DNA of 64,000 bases from Scyliorhinus canicula (Eukaryota): positions 186,001-250,000 of the forward strand of contig NW_024055806.1 of the NCBI RefSeq assembly GCF_902713615.1, written 5' to 3'. Below are positions 1 to 11,989 of this stretch, one piece after another. A program made the translations under genes and the position numbers. The first letter of the stretch is position 1; every line of letters begins with the position of its first letter. Below the pieces are notes generated by a model. The model did no database searches. It was not told the origin of the DNA and was given only the letters and a program-made list of their open reading frames with translations.

Positions 1-2580
1 GCTCTCTGCCTTTTCCCAGGCTCCCTGTACTTTAACCTAGATTTATACAAGTTCCCAGGCTCCACGTGTCCCCCCCCCCCACCCCAGCTCGCTGCCGTAT
101 CCGAGGCTCCCTGTGCTTTTCCCCAGCTCTCTACCTTTTCCTAGGCTCCCTGTGCTTTTCCCCAGCTCTCTGCCTTTTCCCAGGCTCCCTGTGATTTTCC
201 CCATCTCTCTACCTTTTCCCAGGCTCCCTGCGCTTTCCCCAGCTCTCTACCTTTTCCCAGGCTCCCTGTGCTTTTCCCCAGCTCTCTGCCTTTTCCCAGG
301 CTCCCTGTGATTTTCCCCATCTCTCTACCTTTTCCCAGGCTCCCTGCGCTTTCCCCAGCTCTCTACCTTTTCCCAGGCTCCCTGTGCTTTTCCCCAGCTC
401 TCTGCCTTTTCCCAGGCTCCCTGTGATTTTCCCCACCTCTCTACCTTTTCCCAGGCTCCCTGTGCTTTTCCCCAGCTCTCTGCATTTTCCCAGTCTCCCT
501 GCGCTTTTCCCCAGCTCCTTCTTTTCCCAGGCTCCCTGCACTTTAACCTAGGTTTATACAATTTCCCAGGCTCCACGTGTCCCCCCCCCCCCACCCCAGC
601 TCGCTGCCGTATCCGAGGCTCCCTGTGCTTTTCCTCAGCTCTCTACCTTTTCCCAGGCTCCCTGTGCTTTTCCCCAGCTCTCTGAATTTTCCCAGGCTCC
701 CTGTGATTTTCCCCATCTATCTACCTTTTCCCAGGCTCCCGGTGCTTTCCCCCATCTCTCTACCTTTTCCCAGGCTCCCTGTGCTTTTCCCCAGCTCTCT
801 GCCATTTCCCAGGCTCCCTGTGCTTTTTCCCAGCTCTCTGCCGTTTCCTAGGCTCCCTGTGCTTTTCCCCAGCTCTCTGCCTTTTCCCAGTCTCCCTGTG
901 CTTTTCCCCAGCTCCATCTTTTCCCATGCTCCCTGCGCTGTCCCCCCATCTCTCTACCTTTTCCTAGGCTCACTGTGCTTTTACCCATCTCTCTACCTTT
1001 TCCCAGGCTCCCTTTGATTTTCCCCATCTCTCTACCTTTTCCCAGGCTCCCGGTGCTTTCCCCCATCTCTCTACTTTTTCCCAGGCTCCCTGCACTTTTC
1101 CCCAGCTCTCAGCCTTTTCCCAGTCTCCCTGCGCTTTTCCCCAGCTCTCAGCCTTTTCTAAGGCTCCCTGTGCTTTTCCCCCGCTTCCTGCATTTTCCAG
1201 ACTCCTTTTGCTTCCCCCAGCACTCAAACGTTTCCCAGGCTCCCTGTCCTATTCCCCAGCTCTCTACCTTTCCCCAGGTTCCCTGCGCTTTTCCCCATCT
1301 CTCTACCTTTTCCCAGGCTCCGTGCACTTTTCCCTGTCTCTCTACCTTTTCCCAGGCTCCCTGCACTTTCCCCCAGCTCTCTACCTTTTCCCAGGCTCCC
1401 TGTCCTATTCCCCAGCTCTCTACCTTTCCCCAGGTTGCCTGCACTTTCCCCCCTCTGTCTACCTTTTCCCAGGCTCCCTGCACTTTTCCCCAGCTCTCTG
1501 CCTTTTCCCAGGCTCCCTGCGCTTTCCCCCAGCTCTCTACCTTTTCCCAGGCTCCCTGTGCTTTTCCCCAGCTCTCTACCTGTTCCCAGATTCCCTGCGC
1601 TTTCCCCCAGCTCTCTACCTTTTCCCAGGCGCCCTGTGCTTTCCCCCGCTCTCTGCCCTTTCCCAGACTCCCTGCGTTTCCCCCAACTCTCTGCCTTTTC
1701 CCAGACTCCCCGCACTTTTCCCCAGCTTTCTACCTTTTCACAGGCTCCCTGCGCTTTCCCACAGCTCTATACATTTTCCCAGGCTCCTGTGCTCTTCCCC
1801 AGCTCTCTGCCTGTTCCCAGGCTCCCTGTGCTTTTCCCCAGCTCTCTGCCTTTTCCCAGGCTCCCTGTGATTTTCCCCATCTCTCTACCTTTTCCCAGGC
1901 TCCCGGTGCTTTCCCCCATCTCTCTACCTTTTCCCAGGCTCCCTGTGCTTTTCCCCAGCTCTCTGCCTTTTCCCAGGCTCCCTGTGCTTTTTCCCAGCTC
2001 TCTGCCGTTTCCTAGGCTCCCTGTGCTTTTCCCCAGCTCTCTACCTTTTCCCAGGCTCCCTGTGCTTTTCCCCAGCTCTCTACCTTTTCCCAGGCTCCCC
2101 GCACTTTTCACCAGCTTTCTACCCTTTCCCAGGCTCCCCGCACGTTTTCCCAGCTTTCTACCTTTTCCCAGGCTTATGTGCTTTCCCCCAAACCTCTACC
2201 TTTTCCCAGGCTCCCTGTACTTTCTCCAGATCGCTGCCTTTTCCCAGTCTCCCTGTGCTTTTCCCCAACTCTCTACCTTTTCCCAGCTTCCCTATGCTTT
2301 CCCCCGGCTCTCTGCCTTTTCCCAGGCTCCCTGTGCTTTTCCCCAGCTCTCTGCCTTTTCCCAGGCTCCCTGTCCTTTCCCCAGCTCTCTACATTTTCCC
2401 AGGCTCCCTGTGCTTTTCCCCAGCTCTCTGTCTTTTCCCAGGCTCTCTGTCCTTTCCCCAACTCTCTATATTTTCTCAGGCTCCCCGCAGTTTTCCACAG
2501 CTCTCTGCCTTTTCCGAGGCTTCCCGCACATTTCCCCATCTCTCTACATTTTCCAAGGCTCTCTGCTCTATTCCATGACT
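1..2580. repeat. 39-bp tandem satellite (roughly 65 units, runs off the left edge), pyrimidine-rich on +
   Basis: Unit CCTTTTCCCAGGCTCCCTGTGCTTTTCCCCAGCTCTCT(A/G); CCCCAGCTC recurs at 121 and 160 (period 39). A variant block (TTTAACCTAG...GTATCCGAGG) occurs near 31 and 542. The 3n period explains the overlapping long ORFs. Confidence 0.95.
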
Positions 2581-3061
2581 CTTTGACATGTTCCTCTCCC
2601 TCGATATTTTCCCACGCCTCTTTACAATTCTCCCAACCCCCGACCCTGACGCTTTCCTCCAGCTCTCTTCTCTTTCTCCTGGGTGTTACTGCTCCCTTAC
2701 CAGGCACCCACGTTCGTGCACACTGGCTCTCACGCTTCGCTCCAATTCTCTCTTCCTCTCTCGTTGCAGACTAACTCCCGCCCATTTAGTGAGCAAGGGG
2801 ACAAGTGAATGAGGATGAGCGAGCAGGGGTGTGAATTAGGGCGGGAGTGAGAAGGGGGCGTCTGTGTGTGTCAGTGTGTGTGCATGAACAATGGTGGGCG
2901 CGTATGAGTGTGGAGCATGAGGATGGGCGTGCGATTGTAAATGATTGAGGATGGATTGGTGAGTGAGGGAGGATGCATGGGCGACGGTGGTGGTTGAAAA
3001 TAAATGAGCTCAGTGAGAACTCTTACAACACCAGGTTAAAGTCCAACAGGTTTGTTTCAAA

Positions 3062-3096
3062 CACGAGCTTTCGGAGCGCAGCTCCTTCCTCAGGTG
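3062..3096 (-). ncRNA. Minimal type I hammerhead ribozyme motif (Penelope-associated)
   Basis: Minus strand reads CAC-CTGAGGA-A-GGAGC-TGC-GCTCC-GAA-AGCT-C-GTG: stem I CAC/GTG, CUGANGA core, stem II, GAA, palindromic AGCU stem III, C17. Confidence 0.7.
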
Positions 3097-3172
3097 AATG
3101 AAAAGATATGTTCCAGAAACATACATATAGAGTTTTGTCTGTATATATATTTCTGGAACCTACCTCTTCACT

Positions 3173-3207
3173 CACCTGAGGAAGGAGCAGTGCTACGAAA
3201 GCTAGTG
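3173..3207 (+). ncRNA. Minimal type I hammerhead ribozyme motif (one stem II mismatch)
   Basis: CAC-CTGAGGA-A-GGAGC-AGT-GCTAC-GAA-AGCT-A-GTG. Confidence 0.6.
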
Positions 3208-3299
3208 TTTCAAACAAACCTGTTGGACCTTAACCTGGAGTTGTCAGGTTTCTTACTGTGCTCACCCAATCCAACGCCAGCATCTCCACAGCATGTAAA

Positions 3300-6190
3300 T
3301 AAATGAGTGGGCGGTTTGGTGTTGAGTGAGATTTTGGGTGATCTGAGGTTTATGAATGTGGCTGCGTGAGTAATGGTGGGTGAGTGAGGGAGGGTGGATG
3401 AATGATGGAGAGTGAGTGACAGTGGGTGAGCGAGGATATGTGAATGAGGCCTACTGAGTGAGTGAAGGTGGGTGAATGAAGGTGAGGCTCAGTGAGGGCG
3501 GGGTAAATGAGGTTGAGTGAATGAGGGTGGATGAGTGAGGGTGAATGAGTGTGGGTGAGTGAATCACATTGGGTGAGCGAATGAGTGTGGGTGAGTGAGG
3601 GTGCGTGAGTTATGAAAAGTGAGCGAAGCTGGGCGTGTGAGACTGGTTGAGTGAGGGGAGTGAATTAAGTTGTGTGGAGTGAGTGAATAAGTGAGTGTGA
3701 GTGAGTGACGGTGGCTGAGTGAAGGGACTGAGTGATTTCCATTAGTAAGGGTGGTTGAGTGAGTGTGAGTGATTGAAAGTGGGTGAGTGGGTTTGAGTGG
3801 GGTGGTTGGCTGTGGGTGAGTGAGTGTGAGTCAGTGTGAGTGAGGGTTGGTGAGTGAAGGTGAGTGGGAGTGAGTGAATGTAGTTGCGTGAATGAGTATG
3901 AGAGACGGGGTGAGGGTTGGCGAGTGAGGGTGAGTGAGTGTGACTGAGTGTGAGTAGTGTGGGTGAGTGAGTGTGTGTGAGTGTGAGTGTGAGTCGGTGA
4001 GTGAGTATGAGTGAGTGAGTGGGGTGGTTGAGTGTGGGTGAATGAGTGTGAGTGAGTGAGGGTGAGGGTGGGTGAGTGAGTGAGAGTGAATGAGGACGGG
4101 TGAGGGTTGGTGAGTGAGGGTGAGTTGGAGTGATTGAGTGAAGGTGGGTGAGGGTTGGTGAGTGAGGGTGAGCGAGTGAGAGTGGGGTGGTTGAGTGTGG
4201 GTGAATGAGTGTGAGAGAGTGAGTGTGGGTGAGAGTGGGCGAGTGAGTGACAGTGAATGAGGGTGGGTGATTGTTGGTGAGCGAGGGTGAGTGGGGGTGA
4301 GTGAGTCAGTGTGAGTGGGCTGGTTGAGTGTGTGTAAGTGTGAGTGAGTGTGAGTGAGAGTTAGTGAGTGTGAGGGTGGGTGAGTGAGTGTGAGTGAGTG
4401 ATGGTGGGTGAGGGTTGGTGAGTGAGGCTGAGTGAGTTTGAGTGGGGTGATTGAGGGTGGGTGAGGTTTGGTTAGTGAGGGTGGGTGAGGGTTGGTTAGT
4501 GAGGGTGGGTGAGTGCGGCTGGGTGAGGGTGGGTGAGTGAGGCTGGGTGAGGGTTGGTTAGTGAGGGTGGGTGAGTGAGGCTGGGTGAGGGTGGGTGAGT
4601 GACGCTGGGTGAGGGTTGGTTAGTGAGGGTGGGTGAGGGTTGGTTAGTGAGGGTGGGTGAGTGCGGCTGGGTGAGGGTTGCTTAGTGAGGGTGGGTGAGT
4701 GCGGCTGGGTGAGTGTTGGTTAGTGACGGTGGGTGAGTGACGCTGGCTGAGGGTTGGTTAGTGAGGGTGGGTGAGGGTGGGTGAGTGAGGCTGGGTGAGG
4801 GTTGGGTAGTGAGGATGGGTGAGTGTGGCTGGGTGAGGGTTGGTTAGTGAGGGTGGGTGAGTGAGGCTGGGTGAGGGTTGGTTAGTGAGGGTGGGTGAGT
4901 GTGGCTGGGTGAGGGTTGGTTAGTGAGGGTGGGTGAGTGAGGCTGGGTGAGGGTTGGTTAGTGAGGGTGGGTGAGTGAGGCTGGGTGAGGGTTGGTTAGT
5001 GAGGGTGGGTGAGTGAGGCTGGGTGAGGGTTGGTTAGTGAGGCTGGGTGAGGGTTGGTTAGTGAGGGTGGGTGAGTGAGGCTGGGTGAGGGTTTGTTAGT
5101 GAGGGTGGGTGAGTGAGGCTGGGTGAGGGTTGGTAAGTGAGGGTGGGTGAGTGAGGCTGGGTGAGGGTTGGTTAGTGAGGGTGGGTGAGTGAGGCTGGGT
5201 GAGGGTTGGTTAGTGAGGCTGGGTGAGGGTTGGTTAGTGAGGGTGGGTGAGTGAGGCTGGGTGAGGGTTGGTTAGTGAGGGTTGGTGCGTGAGGCTGGGT
5301 GAGGGTTGGTTAGTGAGGGTGGGTGAATGTGGCTGGGTGAGGGTTGGTTAGTGAGGGTGGGTGAGTGACGCTGGCTGAGGGTTGGTTAGTGAGGCTGGGT
5401 GAGGGTTGGTTAGTGAGGGTGAGTGAGGGTTGGTTAGTGAGGGTGGGTGAGGGTTGGTTAGTGAGGGTGGGTGAGTGACGCTGGCTGAGGGTTGGTTAGT
5501 GAGGCTGGGTGAGGGTTGGTTAGTGAGGGTGGGTGAGGGTTGGTTAGTGAGGGTGGATGAGTGAGGCTGGGTGAGAGGTGTTTAGTTAGGGTGGGTGAGT
5601 GAGACTGGGTGAGGGTTGTTTAGTGAGGATGGGTGAGTGAAGCTGGGTGAGGGTTGGTGAGTGAGGGTGAGGAAGTGAATGTGGATGACAAGGTGGGTGA
5701 GGGAGGGTGAGTTAGTTCGGATGGATTACTGCGAGTGAGTGAGGGTAAGGGAATGAGGGTTGGTGATTAAGGATGTGCATAGGTGAGTGTGGGTGTGTGA
5801 ATGAATGTGGGTTAGTGGGTATGGATGCATGAGGGTGGATGATTGAGTGAGGGATTGTGACTTAGTGTCGGTAAATGAGTGTGGGTTAATCAGTCAGTGT
5901 GTATGAGTGACTGTGAGTGAGTGTGAACAGGGGTGAGTGAGTGTGAGTGAGAGTGAGTGAGTGTGAGTGACTGTGAGTGAGTGTGAGTGACGGTGAGTGA
6001 GTGTGAGTGAGTTTGAGTGACAGTGAGTGAGTGTGAGTGAGAGTGAGTGAGTGTGAGTGACTGTGAGTGAGTGTGAGTGAGTGTGAGTGACGGTGAGTGA
6101 GTGTGAGTGAGTGTGGGTGAGTGTGAGAGACGGTGAGTGAGTGTGAGTGAGTGTGAGTGACGGTGAGTGAGTGTGGGTGAGGGTGAATGA
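3300..6190. repeat. G-rich low-complexity tract with a 38-bp minisatellite core (~4470-5620) and GTGA-type repeats
   Basis: Core unit GTGAGGGTGGGTGAGTGAGGCTGGGTGAGGGTTGGTTA starts at 4923 and 4961 (period 38), flanked by degenerate (GTGA/GAGT)n. Confidence 0.9.
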
Positions 6191-6377
6191 GTGATCATTC
6201 AGGTACTCCGGGCCAAGCTGGGCGATGTTTCTCTGGATGACATTCCGCTCAGGCTCAGCTTTCTCTTGTCTGTTGTCCACAGCCGAGCTGGGGGCTCCTC
6301 CATTCGGCTGCACCACCCCCACCTCCTCCTCTTCCTCTCCATCCATCCTGTCCTGATTCTACACATTGATCAGCTTT

Positions 6378-6697
6378 CAGTAACAGCGGCTGTGTACAGT
6401 CAGACAGCAGTGTAGATCACTGGGTAGCTGCTTTAATACTTTCAGTAACACCGGCTGTGTACAGTCAGACAGCAGTGTAGATCACTGGGCAGCTGCTTTA
6501 ATACTTTCAGTAACACCGGCTGTGTACAGTCAGACAGCAGTGTAGATCACTGGGCAGCTGCTTTAATACTGTCAGTAACACCGGCTGTGTACAGTCAGAC
6601 AGCAGTGTAGATCACTGGGCAGCTGCTTTAATACTGTCAGTAACACCGGCTGTGTACAGTCAGACAGCAGTGTAGATCACTGGGCAGCTGCTTTAAT
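6378..6697. repeat. 65-bp tandem repeat, about 5 copies
   Basis: CAGTAACA(G/C)CGGCTGTGTACAGTCAGACAGCAGTGTAGATCACTGGG... starts at 6378, 6443, 6508, 6573 and 6638. Confidence 0.95.
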
Positions 6698-6854
6698 GTC
6701 GATGTAATTTCATTCTGTACAAAACAATTCGGAACTGGAACAATGAACCATCCTGCAACTTAATAGATTTTCATGTTGAAAATGGCAATATCAGGCCGTA
6801 AAATTATTGTCATATTGTGTCAGAGAGTGTGTTTTCTTCATTCTAGTGATGCAG

Positions 6855-8050
6855 ACGTCTCTGGCTGGACCAGCATTTATTTCCCACTTCTCATTGCCCT
6901 TGAGAAGATGGTGGTGAGCTTCATTCTTCAACCACTGCAGTCCATGTGGTGTTTGGGAGGCAGCTCCATAATTTTGAATCATCCACAGTGAAGGAACAAT
7001 GTGATATCTTGAGGTCACGATGGTGAGAGGCTGGATGGAGAAATTCCAGTTGGTGATGTTCCCATGTGTCTGCTGTCCTTGTCCACATGGCAGCTGTTGT
7101 GAGATTTAAACGTGCTGTCCAAGCAGCCATGACCAGTTCCTTCAGAGCATGTTATAGGTGTTACACACTGCTGCCAGTGTTCCTCAGTGGTGGAGGGAGG
7201 GAGTGGTTGTCGATGGTGTGCCATTTAAGCGGGCTACTTTTGTGTCATTGGAGCTGCATTCATCCAGACAAGTGGAGAGTATTCCATCACACTCCTGAAT
7301 CGTGCCTGGTGATATGGAGATGCCGGCGTTGGACTGGGGTGAGCACAGTAAGAAGTCTTACTCAGGTGACTCACCTGATGAAGGAGCTGCGCTCCGAAAG
7401 CTTGGGATTCCAAACAAACCTGTTGGAATTTAACCTGGTGTTGCAGATGGTGGACAGGATTTGGGGCATCAGGAGGTGTTTTTGTTGCAGAATTCCGAGT
7501 CTCTGACCTCTTGTCACAGCCACACTGTGTATATGGCGAGTCCAGTTCAGTTTCTGGTCAATGGTCAGCAGGAGATTCAGCGATGGTAATTCCATTGAAT
7601 GGCATTGGGGTGATCGTTCGATCTTCGCTTGTTTGAGATGTCCATTGCATGCACTTGTCTGGTACGAATGTCCCTTTCCCCTTGTCAGCCCAAGCCTGGA
7701 TATAGTCCAGATCTTGCTGCATTTAGCAATGGACTGCTTCAGTAACTGCGGAGTCGTGAATGGTGCTGCACATCGTTCAATGATCAGCCAAAATCCCCAC
7801 TTCTGACTTTTGGAAGGTCATTGCTGAAGCAGCTAAAGGTGGTGGGGCCGACACTGAGGAACCGCTGCAGTGATGTCCTGGAACTGAGATGATTGACCTC
7901 CAAAAACCGGAACCATCTTCCTTTCCGCTCGGTATGACTCAAACCAGCGGGGAATTTCCCCCCGATTCCCATTGACTCCAGTTTTGTTTGGGCTCCTTGA
8001 TGCAACACTGGTTCAAATGTTGCCTTGAGGTCACGAACAGTCACTCTCAG
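6855..8050 (-). mobile_element. Degenerate CR1/L2-clade LINE 3' fragment (RT remnant plus tail), interrupted by a Penelope terminal fragment at ~7320-7445
   Basis: Minus-strand translation at 7784-8044 (DLKATFEPVLHQGAQTKLESMGIGGK) resembles an RT motif region. The tail is shared with copies at ~9700-9930, 23900-24760, 31480-32830 and 52640-53330. Confidence 0.7.
7372..7406 (+). ncRNA. Degenerate hammerhead motif in a Penelope terminal fragment
   Basis: CAC-CTGATGA-A-GGAGC-TGC-GCTCC-GAA-AGCT-T-GGG; stem I is imperfect and N17 is U. Confidence 0.45.
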
Positions 8051-8055
8051 CTGTC

Positions 8056-9680
8056 CGTGTGTTCTTTATGTGTGTCCCTGTGTGCGTGTTCCTAGGTGTT
8101 CATTGTGTATGTGTGTGTGAGCGTGTGTCCGTTCCCGTGTGTGTGTGTATCCCTCTGTATCCCTGTGTACGTGTTCCTCGGTGTTCATGTTTGTCTGTGA
8201 GCGTGTGTTTGTTCCTGTTTGTGTGCTGCTGTGTGTGTGTGTTTTCTTGATTGTGTGTATGTTGCTGTGTTGCGCCTCTGAGTGTAAGTGTTTGTGAACA
8301 TATGTGTGTGTTCCTGTGTGTGTGTGAGAGAGAGAGACAGAGTACGTGTATGTATGTGAGATAGGTGTTAGAGGGAGAATAAAATAATGTGCAAGGGAGA
8401 GTTTTTGTGTGAATGTGTGTGAAGGGATGTGTGTGTGTGAGATTTTCTGTGTGAGTGAGAGAGGCAATGTGTGTGAGAGTGTGTGGAAATGGGAGATTGT
8501 GTGCGTGAGTTCGAGATAGGGTGTGTATGATTGAGTGTGTGTGAGAGATTAGAGAGCATGTGGGTGTGTACCTAAAACAGAGAGAGAGAGACCACGTGTG
8601 TCAGAGAGAGGCAGAATGTGGGGGCGCGTTTGTGTGTTTCTGAAAACGTGTGATAGAGTTTGCCAAAGAACATGTCTGTGTTTGAGTGAAAGAAAATGTG
8701 TTTACGAGATATGTATGTACTAGTGTTTGTGTGAGAGAGAGAGAGAAATAAGAGCTTGTGTGAGTATGTGTGTGTGTGTATGAGAGTGTGCATGTGCGAA
8801 AGAGAGAGATTGTGTGAGAAAGACACGGGACACAGTGTGCATGAGAGAGAGCAGGTGGGAGAATGTATGTGTGTGACAGGGTGCATGTGTGTGTCTTTGG
8901 AAGTGTGTGAGAGAAAGGGAGAGTGATAGTATGTTTGAGATTGTGTGTGTGAAAGAAGGAATGATTCTGTTTGAAGAGCGATTATGGATGTGAGACTGTG
9001 TGAGAGAGAGAGAGATCTGTGTATCTGAGATAGTGTGTCTGTGATAGAGGGGGAGTGTGTGAGAGAAAGAATGTGCGTATGAGAGAGTGTGTGTGTCAGA
9101 GAGAGAGGGAATATGAGAGAGTGAGATACCGCATGCCTGAAAGAGAGAGATAGATTGTTTGTCAGAGAGAGAGAATGAGACAGTGTCCACGAGAGAGAGG
9201 GCATGTGCCAGGGTGCACGTGTGAGAGTGCGTGAGAGTGAGAGGATAATAATATGTTAGCGAGTTTGTGTGTGTCTGAGATATTGTGTATGTATCAGAGG
9301 GAATGCGTGTGAGAGAGAGCCTGAAAGAAAACATGCGGTGTTTGAAGAGCGATTATGCATGTATGTGAGGGAGAGGGTCTGTGTGTTTGAGCGTGGGTGA
9401 GAGAGAGAGAGAGAGGCAAGGTGTATCAGAGAGATTTGGTGAAAGAGAGTGCGTGTGCGATAGAGCGTGTGTGAGTGACAGCGTGTGAGCGAATGTGTGT
9501 GTGAGAGAGGCAGATCGTCACAGTGTGTCTGAGAGTGAGACTGTGAGAGTCATTGTGTGCGAGGCACAGTGTGTATGTTTGAAAGAAGTATTGTGATTAT
9601 GTGTGTGAGAGAATGAGTTTGTGTGAGGATGAGAGAGAATGTGTGTGTGAGAGAGTGAGAGTGTGTATATGTTTGTATCG
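8056..9680. repeat. (GT/GA)n low-complexity region
   Basis: Interleaved GT and GA dinucleotide runs; the His/Thr/Ser/Leu-rich ORFs are artefacts. Confidence 0.9.
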
Positions 9681-11989
9681 ATGCATGGGTGCACCAAAAC
9701 CTGCAAGTTCCCTTCCAAGACACTCACCATCCTGATTTAGGAATACACCATCATTCCTTCACTGTCGCCGAGTCAAAATTCTGGAACTCCCTCCCTGACA
9801 ATATCGCGAATGTCCCTCCGCAACATGGACTGCAATTATTCAAGGATGTTTCACATCTAAACTTTCCGGGGGGACACTTCGGCATATATAATAAAATCTG
9901 GCCTTGCCAGCGCCTCCAAAATCCTAGGATAGGATTAAAAATAAAATGCAAAGGGATTTCTCCGCTGCACTGACCCATTAAATAGATCAAGGACTGCCGT
10001 AGCACGGAATGTAACCCAGTAAATCTCTCTCTGCGTTGCCTAATCGAAAATTCCCAAGACCAATATATCACTGCTTAAAAATCAACTAAATCTCCTTCTC
10101 CAGCCTGTCTGGCGTCGCTGAATTCTTTCTGTCACAATCTGGATGAGGAATCACCTTTCTGAGTCGCCTTGTCAAACATCAAGTACAATTTCCACATTCC
10201 ACACATATACAAGTTTTATTGAAGGACTTGATCAAATTGCACTCCCTGGAATACTGGAAAATGAATTAGAAGATTTACAACCAGTCAGGAAGATTCCTGG
10301 TCCCAGCACAGTGACCGCGCGCACAGAAACTGAACAGACACACATGGCAACAATCGAGTTCCAGCAGATAGATCTGTTCAATCTGTCAGTTTCATGAAAC
10401 TGTTTGATTCGAATTGATCAATGGTCAACTTCCGACAACAATAATTCAGTAATTTATTTGAAATTAAACTGACATTAATTTCAAAACTGCATTCGGTTTT
10501 TAACTATTTCTCTCTGTCTATCTCAAAACTCGATAATTGGGCAAAAAGTAGTTTTGCTGAAAATGAGCAGATGAAATATTACAGATCCAGGGTAGATTAA
10601 TGACTTAACAGAGACACAGTGACAGGGCAATAATTAAACAAACCAGAAAATATTCACATTACCCACTAATATGATCTAAAAACACAACTAAATATAATCA
10701 GCAAAATAATCAGGGCAAAAGAATGTAATCAGCAAAAGAACTGAGCTGCACACAGCAGTGTAAAGAAATGTATTGTTTCCTAAATTAATTACAGATATTA
10801 TTAAAACTCTTTAAAACCTTTGAGATATTGCACGCTAGGATACAACTCAATTGTAAGAGGTAATTTATGCTGAATTAGTTCTCACTGATATTGTACTGTA
10901 AGTTATTGTTAATTGTCAGCTATTTCTTTATCAGATTATCTGTACTATAATAATAAATATGATAAAAATAGGATTCAATAATCCCCAATTTGTTTTCACC
11001 CAGAGCTTTGTGAAATAATTGGGATTTAATTAAAACAACCTGACAATCAAACAATGTTGAACAATAAACTCCAAATTACTCGATGGAAACATCTTAACAT
11101 TTACTTGACTCTATTCACATTTTATTTTATTTTTTACTCCAATTGCTCTATTCGACCTACAAATGTGTAAAATATGCGCCTTTCTGAACACATTGATAAA
11201 TCATAAACTCCATCTATTCTCAGAAAGTAATGAATATAACGAGAATAGCTCAGTAATATTTATTCAAATCATTTGCAAAACTCATCCATTTTGAGCAAAT
11301 GGAGTGGATAATTTGTTGCTGAATTTAGCATTTAATAAAATTTAAGCCGAAAGCTAAGATATAATCATTCTTTCTTTCCTATCATCTGTTCTTCCTATAA
11401 TTCTATCGTGTGTAGAGCACAGCTATGGGAGACAGGATGTCATTATAAAATGCAGAGGTACTGTTAACCTTTTGTAAATAAATAAATATATCGGTTTGAC
11501 ATTCAAGCTTTTACTTTTCAATCTCTTGCCACAGACAATCTGAACTTTCCTACAATATAAATAAAATCATCGGAACAATTCCTTGATTGGCAGCGACTTC
11601 CACACTTCAGAAAACGGGTTCAGGTTAGATTAGCGATAATTACCTCGCTATCCAACTACAAATCACAGTGAAGGTATAATATAGTTGCAGCGGCACAGAA
11701 ATAATTGAATAACTGGAATTACAAATTATTTCCAGCCTAGAAACCTGCCCGGTCATGTTAACCTCGTGCGGAACACAGCAGGATTGTGAAAGGTGATTAA
11801 TGATGAATGATATTAATATATAATAACTTTTGGTTAATATGGAGTTGTATCACCGCATTGCAATTGTTTGAATTATATAAATGTTACTATGTTCTGCATG
11901 GGCGTTTCAGTCACTATTTTGTTTAATCTGGAAGCATCAGTTAAAATTACAAAATGCATCAATATATCTTTATTAGATTATTTTCTTAA

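Larger units (their letters stand above)
3021..3247. mobile_element. Penelope-like terminal repeat pair forming a ~230-bp inverted repeat
   Basis: The left arm (CTTACAACACCAGGTTAAAGTCCAACAGG...TTCCAGAAA) is the near reverse complement of the right arm (TTTCTGGAA...CCTGTTGGACCTTAACCTGGAGTTGTCAG). The same sequence flanks the GIY-YIG-bearing element at 49931-51515. Confidence 0.85.

Noticed and set aside
113-2774. Many long overlapping ORFs (up to 383 aa)
   Set aside because: Artefacts of a 39-bp (3n) satellite with few stop codons; no domain content.
1-6697. CRISPR-like look of the periodic repeats
   Set aside because: Units are contiguous with no unique spacers, and the DNA is vertebrate.
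5890-9730. His/Thr/Ser-rich ORFs
   Set aside because: Translations of (GT/GA)n and GTGA repeats.
11660-11705. Minus-strand TATTTCTGTGCC (YFCA) near a heptamer, a candidate leaderless supporting V as in NAR-TCR
   Set aside because: An in-frame stop lies six codons upstream, the heptamer orientation is wrong for a V and there is no nonamer.
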